64,000 nucleotides of DNA from Thermomonas sp. (lineage in GTDB: Bacteria > Pseudomonadota > Gammaproteobacteria > Xanthomonadales > Xanthomonadaceae): NCBI RefSeq assembly GCF_041905325.1, contig NZ_JAYRLK010000002.1:295105-359104 (forward strand), written 5' to 3'. Made by a program: the position numbers and the translations under genes. The notes under the pieces were generated by a model that was not told the origin of the DNA, made no database searches, and saw only the letters and a program-made list of their open reading frames with translations. Below, piece by piece: positions 11,072 to 23,686 of the stretch. Each line of letters begins with the position of its first letter. Within the stretch, counting starts at the first letter, position 1.

Positions 11072-13467
11072 GGTTGCCGCCTTCCCCCGCGGTCGGGGGA
11101 AGGGCGCGGCGGTGGTGGCGACGCCTGCGGCCCTGGTTGCGCTGGGGCACGGTGGCGTTGTTGTTGGCGCTGCTGGTGCTGGACCTGGCATTCCCGCTGC
11201 CGCTGCCGGCCCGCCGCGACCTGGCCACGGTGGTGGTGGCGCGCGATGGCAGTCCACTGCGCGCGTTCGCCGATGCGCGGGGGGTGTGGCGCTATCCGGC
11301 CACGCCGGAGCACGTGTCGCCGTTGTACCTGCAAGCATTGCTGGGCTACGAAGACCGCTGGTTCTGGCACCACCCCGGCATCAATCCGCTGGCGATGCTG
11401 CGGGCTGGCGGGCAGTGGCTGGGCAGCCGGCGAATCGTGTCCGGGGGCTCCACCTTGACCATGCAGGTGGCGCGCATCATCGACCCGGCGCTGCGCGACG
11501 GGCGCACGCGCACGGTGGGCGGCAAGCTGCGGCAGGTATTGCGCGCCCTGCAACTGGAGGCGCACCTGTCCAAGCGCGAGATTCTCACGCTGTATCTGGA
11601 GCGCGCGCCGTTCGGCGGTGCCATCGAAGGCGTGGAAGCGGCCAGTTGGGCCTACCTCGGCAAGCCCGCCGCGCGGTTGTCGCATGCCGAGGCGGCCTTG
11701 TTGGCCGTGCTGCCGCAAGCACCCGGCCGGCTGCGCCCGGACCGTGACCCGGAGGCGGCGCAGGCCGCCCGCGACAAGTTGCTGGCACGGATGGCCGCGC
11801 GCCGCGTCTGGACGCAGGCGCAGGTGGACGACGCCCGCATCGAAAACGTGATCGCGCGGCGGTTGCGGCAACCGCAGGACGCCGCCTTGTTGGCGCAACG
11901 CCTGCATCTGGCCCAGCCCGGCCAGCGGCGCATCGTCACCACCCTCGATGCCGGCTTGCAGCGGGCGCTGGAAGAACGCGTCGCCGGATATTTCTCCAGC
12001 CTGCCACCGCGCACCTCGGCGGCGTTGCTGGTGGTGGACAACGCCAGCCTGGAAGCCCGCGCCTACGTCGGCTCGGTGGCGTTCGGCGACAAGCAGCGGC
12101 TTGGTGACGTGGACATGGTGCGGGCCTGGCGTTCGCCCGGTTCCACCCTCAAGCCGTTCCTGTACGGCATGGCGCTGGACGATGGCCTGATCCATTCCGA
12201 AAGCCTGCTGGTGGACGCGCCGCAGTCGTTCGGCAGCTACCGCCCGGGCAATTTCGACGGGGCCTACAACGGTCCGATCGGTGCCGCCGAAGCGTTGCGG
12301 CTGTCGCTCAACATCCCGGCGGTGGAGCTGCTGGATCGGGTGGGGCCGGCGCGTTTCGCCGCCCGCCTTGGGCATGCCGGCCTTGCCTTGAAACTGCCGC
12401 CGGGCGCGGCACCGAACCTGTCGATGATCCTGGGCGGCACCGGTGCGCGGCTGGAGGATCTGGTGGGTGCCTTCGCCGCCTTGCAGCGCGGTGGCATCGC
12501 CGGCCACGTGCGCTACGTGCCGGATGCGCCACGGGTGGACCGGCGGCTGCTCTCGCCCGGTGCGGCGTGGATCGTGCGCGAGATGTTGGCAACCGGCATG
12601 CGCCCCGGCGAGCGCGACGGCATGTTCGACAATGGCCGCCGCCCGCAGCTGGCGTGGAAGACCGGCACCAGTTACGGCTTTCGCGATGCCTGGGCGGTGG
12701 GGGCCACCCCGCGTTACAGCGTGGGCGTGTGGGTGGGGCGGCCCGATGGCACGCCGCTGCCCGGCCAGTACGGCGCGGTGACCGCCTTGCCGCTGCTGTT
12801 CGAGGTCATCGACAGCCTGCCGCGCACCGGCAAGGACGCGCTGCGGCTGCCGCAGCCGGCCAGCGTGGCCGAAGTCGACATCTGCTGGCCGCTGGGCACG
12901 GCGGCCGATGCACAGCCTGCGGAGCTGTGCCAGAAGCGGATGCGGGCGTGGACGCTGGCCGGCGTGGTGCCGCCCACGCTGGCCGAGCGTCAGCTGCGGC
13001 TGTGGAATGCGGGTATCGAAAATTTCGAGGTCGATGCCGCGACCGGCGAACGCCTGTCCGCCGATTGCAGCGCAACACATGCGGCCCGGCCCCGGCAGAT
13101 CGCGCGTTGGCCGGTGCTGGCGACGCCGTGGCTGCCGGTGGCGTGGCGGCAGCGGGCCAGCCTGCCGGCACTGGCGAAGGACTGCCGCGATGACGGCCGC
13201 GACGCGCTGGAGGCCCTGCACATCGACGGCGTGACCGACGGTGCCACCCTGGCCCGTGCCCCCGGGCAGCGCGCCGGCGTGCAGCTGGCGCTGCGGGCGA
13301 TCGGTACCGGCACCCGCGTGCAGTGGTTGCTGGACGGGCGCGGCATCGGCAGCAGCGAAGGCGGGCGCGTCCTGCAGCACGCGTTCGACGAGCCCGGCCC
13401 GCACGTCTTGACCGCGCTGGCCGACAGCGGTGCCTGGGACAGCCTGCGCTTCACCATCCTTGAGTGA
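11068..13467 (+). CDS. pbpC: Penicillin-binding protein 1C (bifunctional glycosyltransferase/transpeptidase)
   Basis: GTG start overlaps the A2M stop (GTGA). N-terminal TM segment. Glycosyltransferase motifs EDRWFWHHPG and GGSTLTMQVAR. Transpeptidase motifs SPGSTLKP (SxxK) and KTGTSYGFRD (KTG). Confidence 0.9.
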   Translation: MRLPPSPAVGGRARRWWRRLRPWLRWGTVALLLALLVLDLAFPLPLPARRDLATVVVARDGSPLRAFADARGVWRYPATPEHVSPLYLQALLGYEDRWFWHHPGINPLAMLRAGGQWLGSRRIVSGGSTLTMQVARIIDPALRDGRTRTVGGKLRQVLRALQLEAHLSKREILTLYLERAPFGGAIEGVEAASWAYLGKPAARLSHAEAALLAVLPQAPGRLRPDRDPEAAQAARDKLLARMAARRVWTQAQVDDARIENVIARRLRQPQDAALLAQRLHLAQPGQRRIVTTLDAGLQRALEERVAGYFSSLPPRTSAALLVVDNASLEARAYVGSVAFGDKQRLGDVDMVRAWRSPGSTLKPFLYGMALDDGLIHSESLLVDAPQSFGSYRPGNFDGAYNGPIGAAEALRLSLNIPAVELLDRVGPARFAARLGHAGLALKLPPGAAPNLSMILGGTGARLEDLVGAFAALQRGGIAGHVRYVPDAPRVDRRLLSPGAAWIVREMLATGMRPGERDGMFDNGRRPQLAWKTGTSYGFRDAWAVGATPRYSVGVWVGRPDGTPLPGQYGAVTALPLLFEVIDSLPRTGKDALRLPQPASVAEVDICWPLGTAADAQPAELCQKRMRAWTLAGVVPPTLAERQLRLWNAGIENFEVDAATGERLSADCSATHAARPRQIARWPVLATPWLPVAWRQRASLPALAKDCRDDGRDALEALHIDGVTDGATLARAPGQRAGVQLALRAIGTGTRVQWLLDGRGIGSSEGGRVLQHAFDEPGPHVLTALADSGAWDSLRFTILE

Positions 13468-13482
13468 GCTGTCGGCGCGCGC

Positions 13483-13965
13483 TCACGCCGGCAGATTGGC
13501 CAATACATGCTCCGCCGACGACACCCGGAACTCGCCGGGCGCTTCCACCCACAGCCCCCGCACGATGCCGGCTTCGGCATACAGGGCGAAACGCTTGCTG
13601 CGCACACCCATGCCGTAGCCGCTGGCATCCATCTCCAGCCCCAATGCACGGGTGAAATCGGCGTTGCCATCGGCCAGCATCTTCAAGCCGGCCGGCACCT
13701 GCTGGGCGGTTCCCCAGGCTTGCATCACGAACGTGTCATTGACGGCCATGCAGGCCACCTCGATGCCGCGTGCGCGAAAATCGTCGAAATGCGCGACGAA
13801 GCCGGGCAGGTGGCGTTCCGAGCATGTGGGGGTAAAGGCACCAGGCACCGCGAACAACACCAGCTTGCAGCCGTTGAACAAGGTGTGGGTATCGATCCGG
13901 TGCACGCCGTTGTCGATGTAGGACAGCACCGCTTCCGGAATGGGGTCGCCAACTTGAATCGTCAT
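13483..13965 (-). CDS. Peroxiredoxin, Prx5-like (AhpC/TSA family)
   Basis: 160 aa. Carries the PGAFTPTCS peroxidatic-Cys motif and has typical Prx5 length. Confidence 0.85.
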   Translation of the reverse strand: MTIQVGDPIPEAVLSYIDNGVHRIDTHTLFNGCKLVLFAVPGAFTPTCSERHLPGFVAHFDDFRARGIEVACMAVNDTFVMQAWGTAQQVPAGLKMLADGNADFTRALGLEMDASGYGMGVRSKRFALYAEAGIVRGLWVEAPGEFRVSSAEHVLANLPA

Positions 13966-13966
13966 G

Positions 13967-13995
13967 TTCGAACCTCATTTCGATGAAAATACAGT
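13967..13995 (+). promoter_or_regulatory. Candidate sigma70-type promoter for cbpA (TTCGAA-17 nt-TACAGT)
   Basis: -35-like ttcgaa (13967-13972), a 17-nt spacer, then -10-like tacagt (13990-13995), about 60 nt upstream of the cbpA ATG. A 7-bp hairpin gggatgg-tgg-ccatccc (14014-14030) follows in the leader. Confidence 0.3.
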
Positions 13996-14054
13996 CTATC
14001 CGGGATGGATGACGGGATGGTGGCCATCCCCTGCGGTTCCGGTCTGGAGCGATC

Positions 14055-14972
14055 ATGGAGTTCAAGGATTACTACGGCATTCTGGGCGTGGAAGCCACTG
14101 CGGGCGATGCGGAAATCAAGACCGCGTATCGCCGGCTGGCACGCAAGTACCACCCCGACGTCAGCAAGGAAAAGGGTGCCGAGGAAAAGTTCAAGGCCGT
14201 CAACGAGGCTTACGAGGCCTTGCGTGATCCGGCCAAGCGCAAGGCCTATGACCAGTTGCGGGCCGGTGGTTATCGGCCGGGTGATGAAGTGCGGCCGCCG
14301 CCGGGGGGCTTCGGTCGCGGGCCGGCGGGACAGGCGGATTTCGATTTCGACGAGATTTTCGCCGGCGGTGGTGCCGGTGGCGGGTTCTCGGATTTCTTCG
14401 AGAACCTGTTCGGCGGCGGTGGGGGTGGCCGCGGGCGCGGCAATGGTGGCCCGCGCGGTGGCCAGCCGGCCGGTGATACCCGCGCCAAGCTGGCGGTGCC
14501 GCTGTCTGCGGTGCACGCCGGCAGCAGCGTGCGCATCACCATTGCCGGCAAGACGCTGGAAGTGCGCGTGCCCAAGGGCGTGCGGCCGGGGCAGGTGATC
14601 CGGCTGGCCAGGCAGGGCAATGGCGGGCGTGACCTGTTGCTGGAGGTGGAATACGCCGCCGACCCGCAATTCGAGGTCGATGGCCGCAACGTCATCCACG
14701 TGTTGCCGGTGGCACCGTGGGAGGCGGCGCTGGGTGCCACCCTCAGCGTGCCGACCCTGGGCGGGCCGGTGGAACTGAAGATCCCGCCGGATTCCGAATC
14801 CGGGCGCAAGCTGCGCCTGCGCGGGCGCGGGTTGCCGGCTTCCGGCAGCGCCCCCGACGGCGACCAGATCGTGGAACTGGAGGTGCTGGCACCGAAAGCG
14901 CAGACCGAGGCGCAGCGCAAGGCCTACGCCAAGATGCGCGATGCGTTTGGCAGCGACTGGCGTCGTGGCTGA
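14055..14972 (+). CDS. cbpA: Curved-DNA-binding protein CbpA (DnaJ homologue without zinc finger)
   Basis: 305 aa. J-domain MEFKDYYGILGVEATAGDAEIKTAYRRLARKYHPDVSKE, then a Gly-rich linker, with no CxxCxGxG repeats, and a DnaJ C-terminal domain. Confidence 0.85.
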   Translation: MEFKDYYGILGVEATAGDAEIKTAYRRLARKYHPDVSKEKGAEEKFKAVNEAYEALRDPAKRKAYDQLRAGGYRPGDEVRPPPGGFGRGPAGQADFDFDEIFAGGGAGGGFSDFFENLFGGGGGGRGRGNGGPRGGQPAGDTRAKLAVPLSAVHAGSSVRITIAGKTLEVRVPKGVRPGQVIRLARQGNGGRDLLLEVEYAADPQFEVDGRNVIHVLPVAPWEAALGATLSVPTLGGPVELKIPPDSESGRKLRLRGRGLPASGSAPDGDQIVELEVLAPKAQTEAQRKAYAKMRDAFGSDWRRG

Positions 14973-15005
14973 GACCCGCGTGCGGGCGGGCCGTAGTGAC
15001 GGGGC

Positions 15006-15383
15006 TCAGGCGGCCGACGGGCCGCCGACGTATTGCGCCACCAGTGCGGACAGCTCGCCTTCGTTGAAGGGCTTGGTGATGTAGGCCTTGGCCCCTTGGC
15101 GCATGCCCCAGACGCGGTCGGTGTCCTGGTCCTTGGTGGTGACCAGGATCACCGGGATGTGCTTGGTGGTGGGTTCGCGGGTGATCGCGCGGGTGGCCTG
15201 GAAACCGTTGAGGTTCGGCATCACCACGTCCATCAGAATCAGGTCCGGCAGCTCGCGCTTGGCGGCTTCCACGCCGGCGGCACCGTCTTCGGCGGTCAAC
15301 GCCTCGTGGCCGAGCTTCTCGACGATGCGGCGGATGCTCATCAGCTGGGAGGGGGAATCGTCGACGATCAGGATGCGTGCCAT
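15006..15383 (-). CDS. Single-domain CheY-like response regulator (receiver only)
   Basis: Trimmed from the 15006..15638 ORF to the ATG at 15383 (MARILIVDDSPSQL...). Receiver residues are present: DD, phospho-acceptor D in LILMDVVMP, T in VILVTT, K in YITKPF. No output domain. Confidence 0.85.
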   Translation of the reverse strand: MARILIVDDSPSQLMSIRRIVEKLGHEALTAEDGAAGVEAAKRELPDLILMDVVMPNLNGFQATRAITREPTTKHIPVILVTTKDQDTDRVWGMRQGAKAYITKPFNEGELSALVAQYVGGPSAA

Positions 15384-15453
15384 GGGGTGTCCTCTGCCTA
15401 CTCTGCGGATTGTAGCGGTCGCGCAGGGGGCTGCAAGCGGCGCGCGCGCAAAT

Positions 15454-16442
15454 TCAGAACTGCACCACGGTGCGGCCCAGTGCGCCACCGGCCAGCATGC
15501 GGTCGAATACGTCCGGCAGTTCGTCCAGCGTGGCTTCGCGGGTGCAGATCGCGTCCAGGTTGCGTGGTTTCCAGTCGCTCGCCAATCGCCGCCAGACTTC
15601 TTCGCGGATGTCGCGGGCGGTGCCGGCCGAAGCCACACCCAGCAGCGACACGCCGCGGATGATGAAGGGCATCACCGTGGCGTGCAGTTCGGGCGAGGCG
15701 GCCAGCCCGCAGCTGGCGACGTTGCCGTAGGGGGCGGTCTGCGCCAGCAGGGCGGCCAGCATGGGGCCGCCGACGTTGTCCAGGCCGCCACCGAAGCGTG
15801 CGGAATCCATTGGCTTGGTGGTGGATAGCGCGTCGCGGCCCAGCACTTCGGATGCGCCCAGCGCCTTCAAGTAATTCGCGTGCTCCGGCTTGCCGCTGAT
15901 CGCATGCACCTCGTAGCCGGCCTGGCTGTAGATGGCCACTGCCAGCGAGCCGACGCCGCCAGTGGCACCGGTGACGGCCAGTGGCCCCAGCGCCGGCGTT
16001 TGCCGGTTGTCCTCCATCCGCAGCAAACCCAACGCGGCGGTGAAGCCGGCGGTGCCGAGGATCATCGCTTCGCGCAAGCTCAGCCCCGCGGGCAGCGGGA
16101 TCACCCAGCGCGCGTCCAGCCGCGCGTATTCCGAATAGCCGCCGTCGCGGGTTTCCGACAGCCCGCTGCCGGTCACCAGCACGGCGTCGCCTTCCCTGAA
16201 GGCTGGATCGGTCGAAGCGACGACGTGGCCGGCCCCCGCGATTCCGCCGACCAGCGGGAAGCTGCGCAGGATCTTGCCCTTGCCGGTGCCGGCCAGCGCG
16301 TCCTTGTAGTTGACCGAGGAGTACGCGGCCCTGACCACCACCTCGCCGGGGTTGAGGTCGTCCAGCGACACCGTCTCAATGCCGCTGCGGTAGCCGGCGG
16401 CGTCGCTGTGGATGCGGAAGGCGCGGAACGTCGCCGGGGTGG

Positions 16443-16446
<4 letters not shown>
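15454..16446 (-). CDS. acuI: NADPH-dependent MDR-family oxidoreductase, YhdH/AcuI (acrylyl-CoA reductase)-like
   Basis: Trimmed from the 15454..17034 ORF to the ATG at 16446 (MTTPATFRAFRIH...). Blocks AAYSSVNYKDALAGTGKG, a nucleotide-binding VTGATGGVGS, and 330 aa length. Confidence 0.75.
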
Positions 16447-17050
<604 letters not shown>

Positions 17051-17054
<4 letters not shown>

Positions 17055-17404
17055 GCCGGAGCCCTGAATTGGGTAAGAAGGTATTGCACGCCGCTCATGC
17101 CGGCGAAGCCCGCGATCCCCGCTGCGACGAAGCACAGCCACGGCTGCCAGCCGGCTTTCAGGCACAGGCTGAGCACCGGGAAGAACAGCAGGCCACCCAG
17201 CACGAACCAGAAGATGTCCATCGACATCATGGCCACGCGCTGGCTGTCGTGGGTTTCGACCTGCAACCAGCCGAGCACCAGCAGCGATGTCACCGGCAGT
17301 GCCGCCACCAGTGCGCCGAGCACGCCGGGTCGCCTGGACAGCGCGGAGGCGGTCAACACCAGCACCACGGTGATTGCGAGTTTCAGCAGGAATTGCGCGT
17401 TCAT
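17051..17404 (-). CDS. Small integral membrane protein (about 4 TM, DUF3147-like)
   Basis: Trimmed to the ATG at 17404 (MNAQFLLKLAITVVLVLTASAL...). 117 aa and almost entirely hydrophobic. Its stop overlaps the LOG ATG (ATGA). The family assignment is tentative. Confidence 0.55.
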
Positions 17405-17429
17405 CAGGCGATTATCGCGCGGCGCATAC

Positions 17430-17458
17430 GGAAACGGCGCCACCCTGGCGCCGTTTCC
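17430..17458 (-). terminator. Strong hairpin downstream of lpdA (terminator candidate without a U-tract)
   Basis: Perfect 12-bp stem ggaaacggcgcc / ggcgccgtttcc with loop accct, starting 19 nt past the lpdA stop on the minus strand. No T-run follows. Confidence 0.45.
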
Positions 17459-17476
17459 ATGATGCACGGCCGTGGA

Positions 17477-18907
17477 TCAGTTGGCCTTGTGGATCGCCCG
17501 CTTGTGCACCGCCATCGCGGCGTCGTGCACGGCTTCGGACAGCGACGGGTGGGCATGGCAGATGCGCGCCAGGTCGTCGGCACTGCCCTTGAACTCCATC
17601 GCCAGCACGCCCTCGTGGACCAGTTCCGACACGTTGGCGCCGACCAGGTGCATGCCCAGGATGGTGTCGGTTTCGGCATGCGCCAGCACCTTCACGAAGC
17701 CCGCCGGCTCGGCCATCGCCACCGCGCGGCCGACCGCCGCGAACGGGAAGCTGCCGGCCTTGTACGGGGTGCCCTCGGCCTTCAGTTGCTCCTCGGTCTT
17801 GCCGACCCAGGCGATTTCCGGTTCGGTGTAGATCACCCACGGGATGGTTTCGAAGTTGACGTGGCCCGGCAGGCCGGCGATCAGCTCGGCCACCGCGATG
17901 CCTTCCTCGAAGCCCTTGTGCGCCAGCATCGGGCCGCGCACGCAGTCGCCAACCGCCCACACGCCGTCGACGCCGGTGTGGCAATGCTCGTCGACCACGA
18001 CCTGGCCGCGCTCGTTGAGCTGCACGCCGGTGCCATCGGCCAGCAGGCCCTTGGTGGCGGCACGGCGGCCCACGGCCACCAGCAGCTTGTCGACCACGAT
18101 CTCCTGCGCCGCGCCCTTGTCGTCGGTGTAGGCGACGTGCACGCCGTCCTTCTTCACTTCGGTGGCGCTGACCTTGCAGCCCAGCTTGATGTCCAGGCCC
18201 TGCTTCTTGAACTCGCGTGCGGCGACCTTGCTCACCTCCGCATCGGCGGCGGCGAGGAAGTTCGGCAGGCCTTCGAGGATGGTGACCTCGGCGCCCAGGC
18301 GCTTCCACACGCTGCCCAGCTCCAGGCCGATCACGCCGGCGCCGATCACGCCGAGGCGCTTCGGCACCTGTTCGAGGTCCAGTGCGCCCACGTTGTCGAT
18401 GATGTGCTCGCCGAACTTGGCGAACGGCAGCTCGATGGAGTCGGAACCGGCGGCGAGGATGACGTTGGTGCCCTTCAGCTCGACGGTGCTGCCGTCATGC
18501 TGCTTCACGCTGACCACGTTGCCCGGCTGCAGCTGGCCGAAGCCGTAGAACGCGGTGATCTTGTTCGCCTTGAACAGCGCCGCGATGCCGCCGGTGAACT
18601 GCTTCACGATGCCGTCCTTGCGGGCGACCATCTTCTTCACGTCGATCGCAGGCTTGTCGAAGCTGATGCCGTGCTGGTCGAAGATGTGGCCCATGTTCCA
18701 GAACTGGCGGCTGGAATCCAGCAGCGCCTTGGACGGGATGCAGCCCACGCGCAGGCAGGTGCCGCCCAGCGCCGGCTTGCCGTCCTTGCCCAGCGCGGCG
18801 TCGATGCAGGCGGTCTTCAGGCCCAGCTGTGCGGCGCGGATGGCGGCGTGGTAGCCGGCGGGGCCGGCACCGATGACGACGACGTCGAAGTGTTGTTGTT
18901 CGCTCAT
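17477..18907 (-). CDS. lpdA: Dihydrolipoyl dehydrogenase (E3)
   Basis: FAD motif VVVIGAGPAGY and redox disulfide GGTCLRVGCIPSKALL. I prefer the ATG at 18907 (MSEQQHF..., AAGGAA about 12 nt upstream) over the TTG at 18913 used by the ORF track. Confidence 0.95.
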   Translation of the reverse strand: MSEQQHFDVVVIGAGPAGYHAAIRAAQLGLKTACIDAALGKDGKPALGGTCLRVGCIPSKALLDSSRQFWNMGHIFDQHGISFDKPAIDVKKMVARKDGIVKQFTGGIAALFKANKITAFYGFGQLQPGNVVSVKQHDGSTVELKGTNVILAAGSDSIELPFAKFGEHIIDNVGALDLEQVPKRLGVIGAGVIGLELGSVWKRLGAEVTILEGLPNFLAAADAEVSKVAAREFKKQGLDIKLGCKVSATEVKKDGVHVAYTDDKGAAQEIVVDKLLVAVGRRAATKGLLADGTGVQLNERGQVVVDEHCHTGVDGVWAVGDCVRGPMLAHKGFEEGIAVAELIAGLPGHVNFETIPWVIYTEPEIAWVGKTEEQLKAEGTPYKAGSFPFAAVGRAVAMAEPAGFVKVLAHAETDTILGMHLVGANVSELVHEGVLAMEFKGSADDLARICHAHPSLSEAVHDAAMAVHKRAIHKAN

Positions 18908-18934
18908 TTGCAAAGGTTCCTTGTCTGCAAGCAG

Positions 18935-18957
18935 GAAGCCCCGCGGAGCGGGGCTTC
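18935..18957 (-). other. Intercistronic hairpin between sucB and lpdA
   Basis: Perfect 10-bp stem gaagccccgc / gcggggcttc with loop gga, inside the 62-nt sucB-lpdA spacer. Confidence 0.5.
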
Positions 18958-18969
18958 GGGCCGGGTTGC

Positions 18970-20160
18970 TTACATGCCCAGCAGCATGCGGTGCGGGTTC
19001 TCGAGCTGGTTCTTGATGTCGACCAGGAACAGCACCGCGTCCTTGCCGTCGATGATGCGGTGGTCGTAGCTGATGGCCAGATACATCATCGGCGCGGCGA
19101 TCACCTGGCCGTTCTCGACGATGGCGCGCTCCTTGATCGTGTGCATGCCGAGGATGGCGCTCTGCGGCGGGTTGACGATCGGGGTGGACATCAGCGAACC
19201 GAAGGTGCCGCCGTTGGTGATCGTGAAGGTGCCGCCCTGCAGGTCTTCCAGCTTCAGCCCGCCTTCGCGCGCCTGCTTGGCATAGGTGGCGATGCCGGCT
19301 TCGATCTCGGCGAAGCTCATGCGCTCGACGTTGCGCAGCACCGGCGTGACCAGGCCCTTGTCGGTGGAGACCGCCACGCTGATGTCGGCGTAGCCGTGGT
19401 AGATGATGTCGCTGCCGTCCACCGAGGCGTTGATCACCGGGTACTTCTGCAGCGCGTTGGCGGCGGCCTTGGCGAAGAAGCTCATGAAGCCCAGCTTGAT
19501 GCCGTTGGCCTTCTCGAACTGCTCGCCCAGCTCCTTGCGCATCTGCATGACCTTGGAGAGGTTCACCTCGTTGAACGAGGTCAGCATGGCGATGGAGTTC
19601 TTGGACTGCATCAGGCGCTCGGCGATGCGGGCGCGCATACGGGTCATCGGCACGCGCTCTTCCGGACGCGCGCCGCCGGCCACGCCGGCGGTCTTGCCGC
19701 TGGCGTAGTTGACGATGTCTTCCTTGGTGACCATGCCGCGGCGGCCGGTGCCGGCCACATCACTCGGGTTCACCCCGCTGGTGGCGGCGGCGAAGCGCGC
19801 ACCCGGCGGCACGTCGGCGGAGGCGGCGGCCGGTGCCGCGGCCTTGGCCGGGGCGGCAGCGGCCGGCGCGGCGGCCTTCGGTGCTTCCGCGGCCGGGGCG
19901 GCCGGCGCGGCCGCGGCGACGGCGCCTTCCTCGATCAGCGCGATCACCTGCTGGCTGGTCACGGTGGCGCCGGCGTCGAACTTGATCTCCTTCAGCACGC
20001 CGTCGACCGGGGAGGGCACTTCCAGCACCACCTTGTCGGTTTCGAGGTCGAGCAGGTTTTCGTCGCGCTTGACCGCATCGCCGGCCTTCTTGTGCCAGCT
20101 TGCGATGACGGCGTCGGCGACGGATTCGGGGAGAACCGGGACTTTGACTTCAATGGCCAT
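18970..20160 (-). CDS. sucB: 2-oxoglutarate dehydrogenase E2, dihydrolipoyllysine-residue succinyltransferase
   Basis: 396 aa. Lipoyl domain [13 protein letters not shown], an Ala/Pro linker, and catalytic DHRIIDG. Confidence 0.95.
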   Translation of the reverse strand: MAIEVKVPVLPESVADAVIASWHKKAGDAVKRDENLLDLETDKVVLEVPSPVDGVLKEIKFDAGATVTSQQVIALIEEGAVAAAAPAAPAAEAPKAAAPAAAAPAKAAAPAAASADVPPGARFAAATSGVNPSDVAGTGRRGMVTKEDIVNYASGKTAGVAGGARPEERVPMTRMRARIAERLMQSKNSIAMLTSFNEVNLSKVMQMRKELGEQFEKANGIKLGFMSFFAKAAANALQKYPVINASVDGSDIIYHGYADISVAVSTDKGLVTPVLRNVERMSFAEIEAGIATYAKQAREGGLKLEDLQGGTFTITNGGTFGSLMSTPIVNPPQSAILGMHTIKERAIVENGQVIAAPMMYLAISYDHRIIDGKDAVLFLVDIKNQLENPHRMLLGM

Positions 20161-20190
20161 GAGGGCGTCCTGTCGGAATATCGGATGGGG

Positions 20191-23028
<2,838 letters not shown>

Positions 23029-23113
23029 GGTGTGGCTAGCAACCAGATTGAGGGGGGAGGGGGCCGTGCCAGGAGGTGCAGCGGAAAACTGAATGGAGGC
23101 GCAAAGAGCGCGA

Positions 23114-23119
23114 ATTATA
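23114..23119 (-). promoter_or_regulatory. Candidate -10 hexamer (TATAAT) for the sucAB-lpdA operon
   Basis: attata on the plus strand is TATAAT on the minus strand, 86 nt upstream of the proposed sucA GTG, in a locally AT-richer patch. The -35 is weak. Confidence 0.3.
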
Positions 23120-23176
23120 GCCCAGCCAGTTTGCCGGGAATTGGCCCAGATCAAGAATCCGGTGCGGAATCGGGCA

Positions 23177-23686
23177 TCAGATGCCCAGTGCGCGGTATTC
23201 GCCGACCGGGCGCGAACGCTCCCAGATTTCCTCGAAGCGGGCCTGCAATTGGCGCACCCGAGCCCGGGCGTCGAGGCTGGCGGTGCCTTCCACGCGTTCG
23301 CCCAGGGTGCGGACGTAGTAGCCACCGACATCGTTGGCGATCAATGCGGTGCGGTCTTCACGGTAGACCGGGTCGGTGACTTCGCGGAACTGGAACACGC
23401 TGGGCAGGCGTTGCGCCAGGTCCAGCAGTTTGGCGTGGGCGGCCTGCGGTGCGGCGGCGTCGTGCAGCAGCACCTGCACCTGCACGTCGCGGCTGGCGGT
23501 GGCGAAGCCGCGCAGCGCCGCAAGCAGGTCGGGGTGGTCGAACAACCACGCCTCCAGGTCCAGGCTGCGCACCCACACCCGGCGACGGGCGGCAATGACG
23601 ATGCGGGTGGCGATGTCCACCGCGGCGGGGTGGTCACTGATGCGGAACAGCTCGGATGTGGAGTCGGAACCGGGGGTGTCGTTCAT
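23177..23686 (-). CDS. Conserved-looking hypothetical protein (169 aa), translationally coupled to roxA
   Basis: Trimmed from the 23177..24565 ORF to the ATG at 23686 (MNDTPGSDSTSELFRISDHPAAVDIATRIV...). It has normal amino-acid composition, unlike the Arg/Pro-rich upstream extension. Its ATG overlaps the roxA stop (ATGA). I recognise no family. Confidence 0.6.
   Translation of the reverse strand: MNDTPGSDSTSELFRISDHPAAVDIATRIVIAARRRVWVRSLDLEAWLFDHPDLLAALRGFATASRDVQVQVLLHDAAAPQAAHAKLLDLAQRLPSVFQFREVTDPVYREDRTALIANDVGGYYVRTLGERVEGTASLDARARVRQLQARFEEIWERSRPVGEYRALGI

Noticed and set aside
6122-11338. 1738-aa minus-strand ORF
   Set aside because: It is antisense to the alpha-2-macroglobulin gene. 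It has Arg/Gly/His/Ala-rich composition and no recognisable motif. Stop codons are rare in antisense frames of GC-rich genes.
10972-13404. 810-aa minus-strand ORF
   Set aside because: It is antisense to pbpC, which carries unambiguous PBP motifs.
23040-23075. G-run tract (gaggggggagggggcc) upstream of sucA as a G-quadruplex or regulatory repeat
   Set aside because: There are only two to three G-runs and the tract lies on the non-template side of a leader. There is no repeat partner and not enough evidence for any function.
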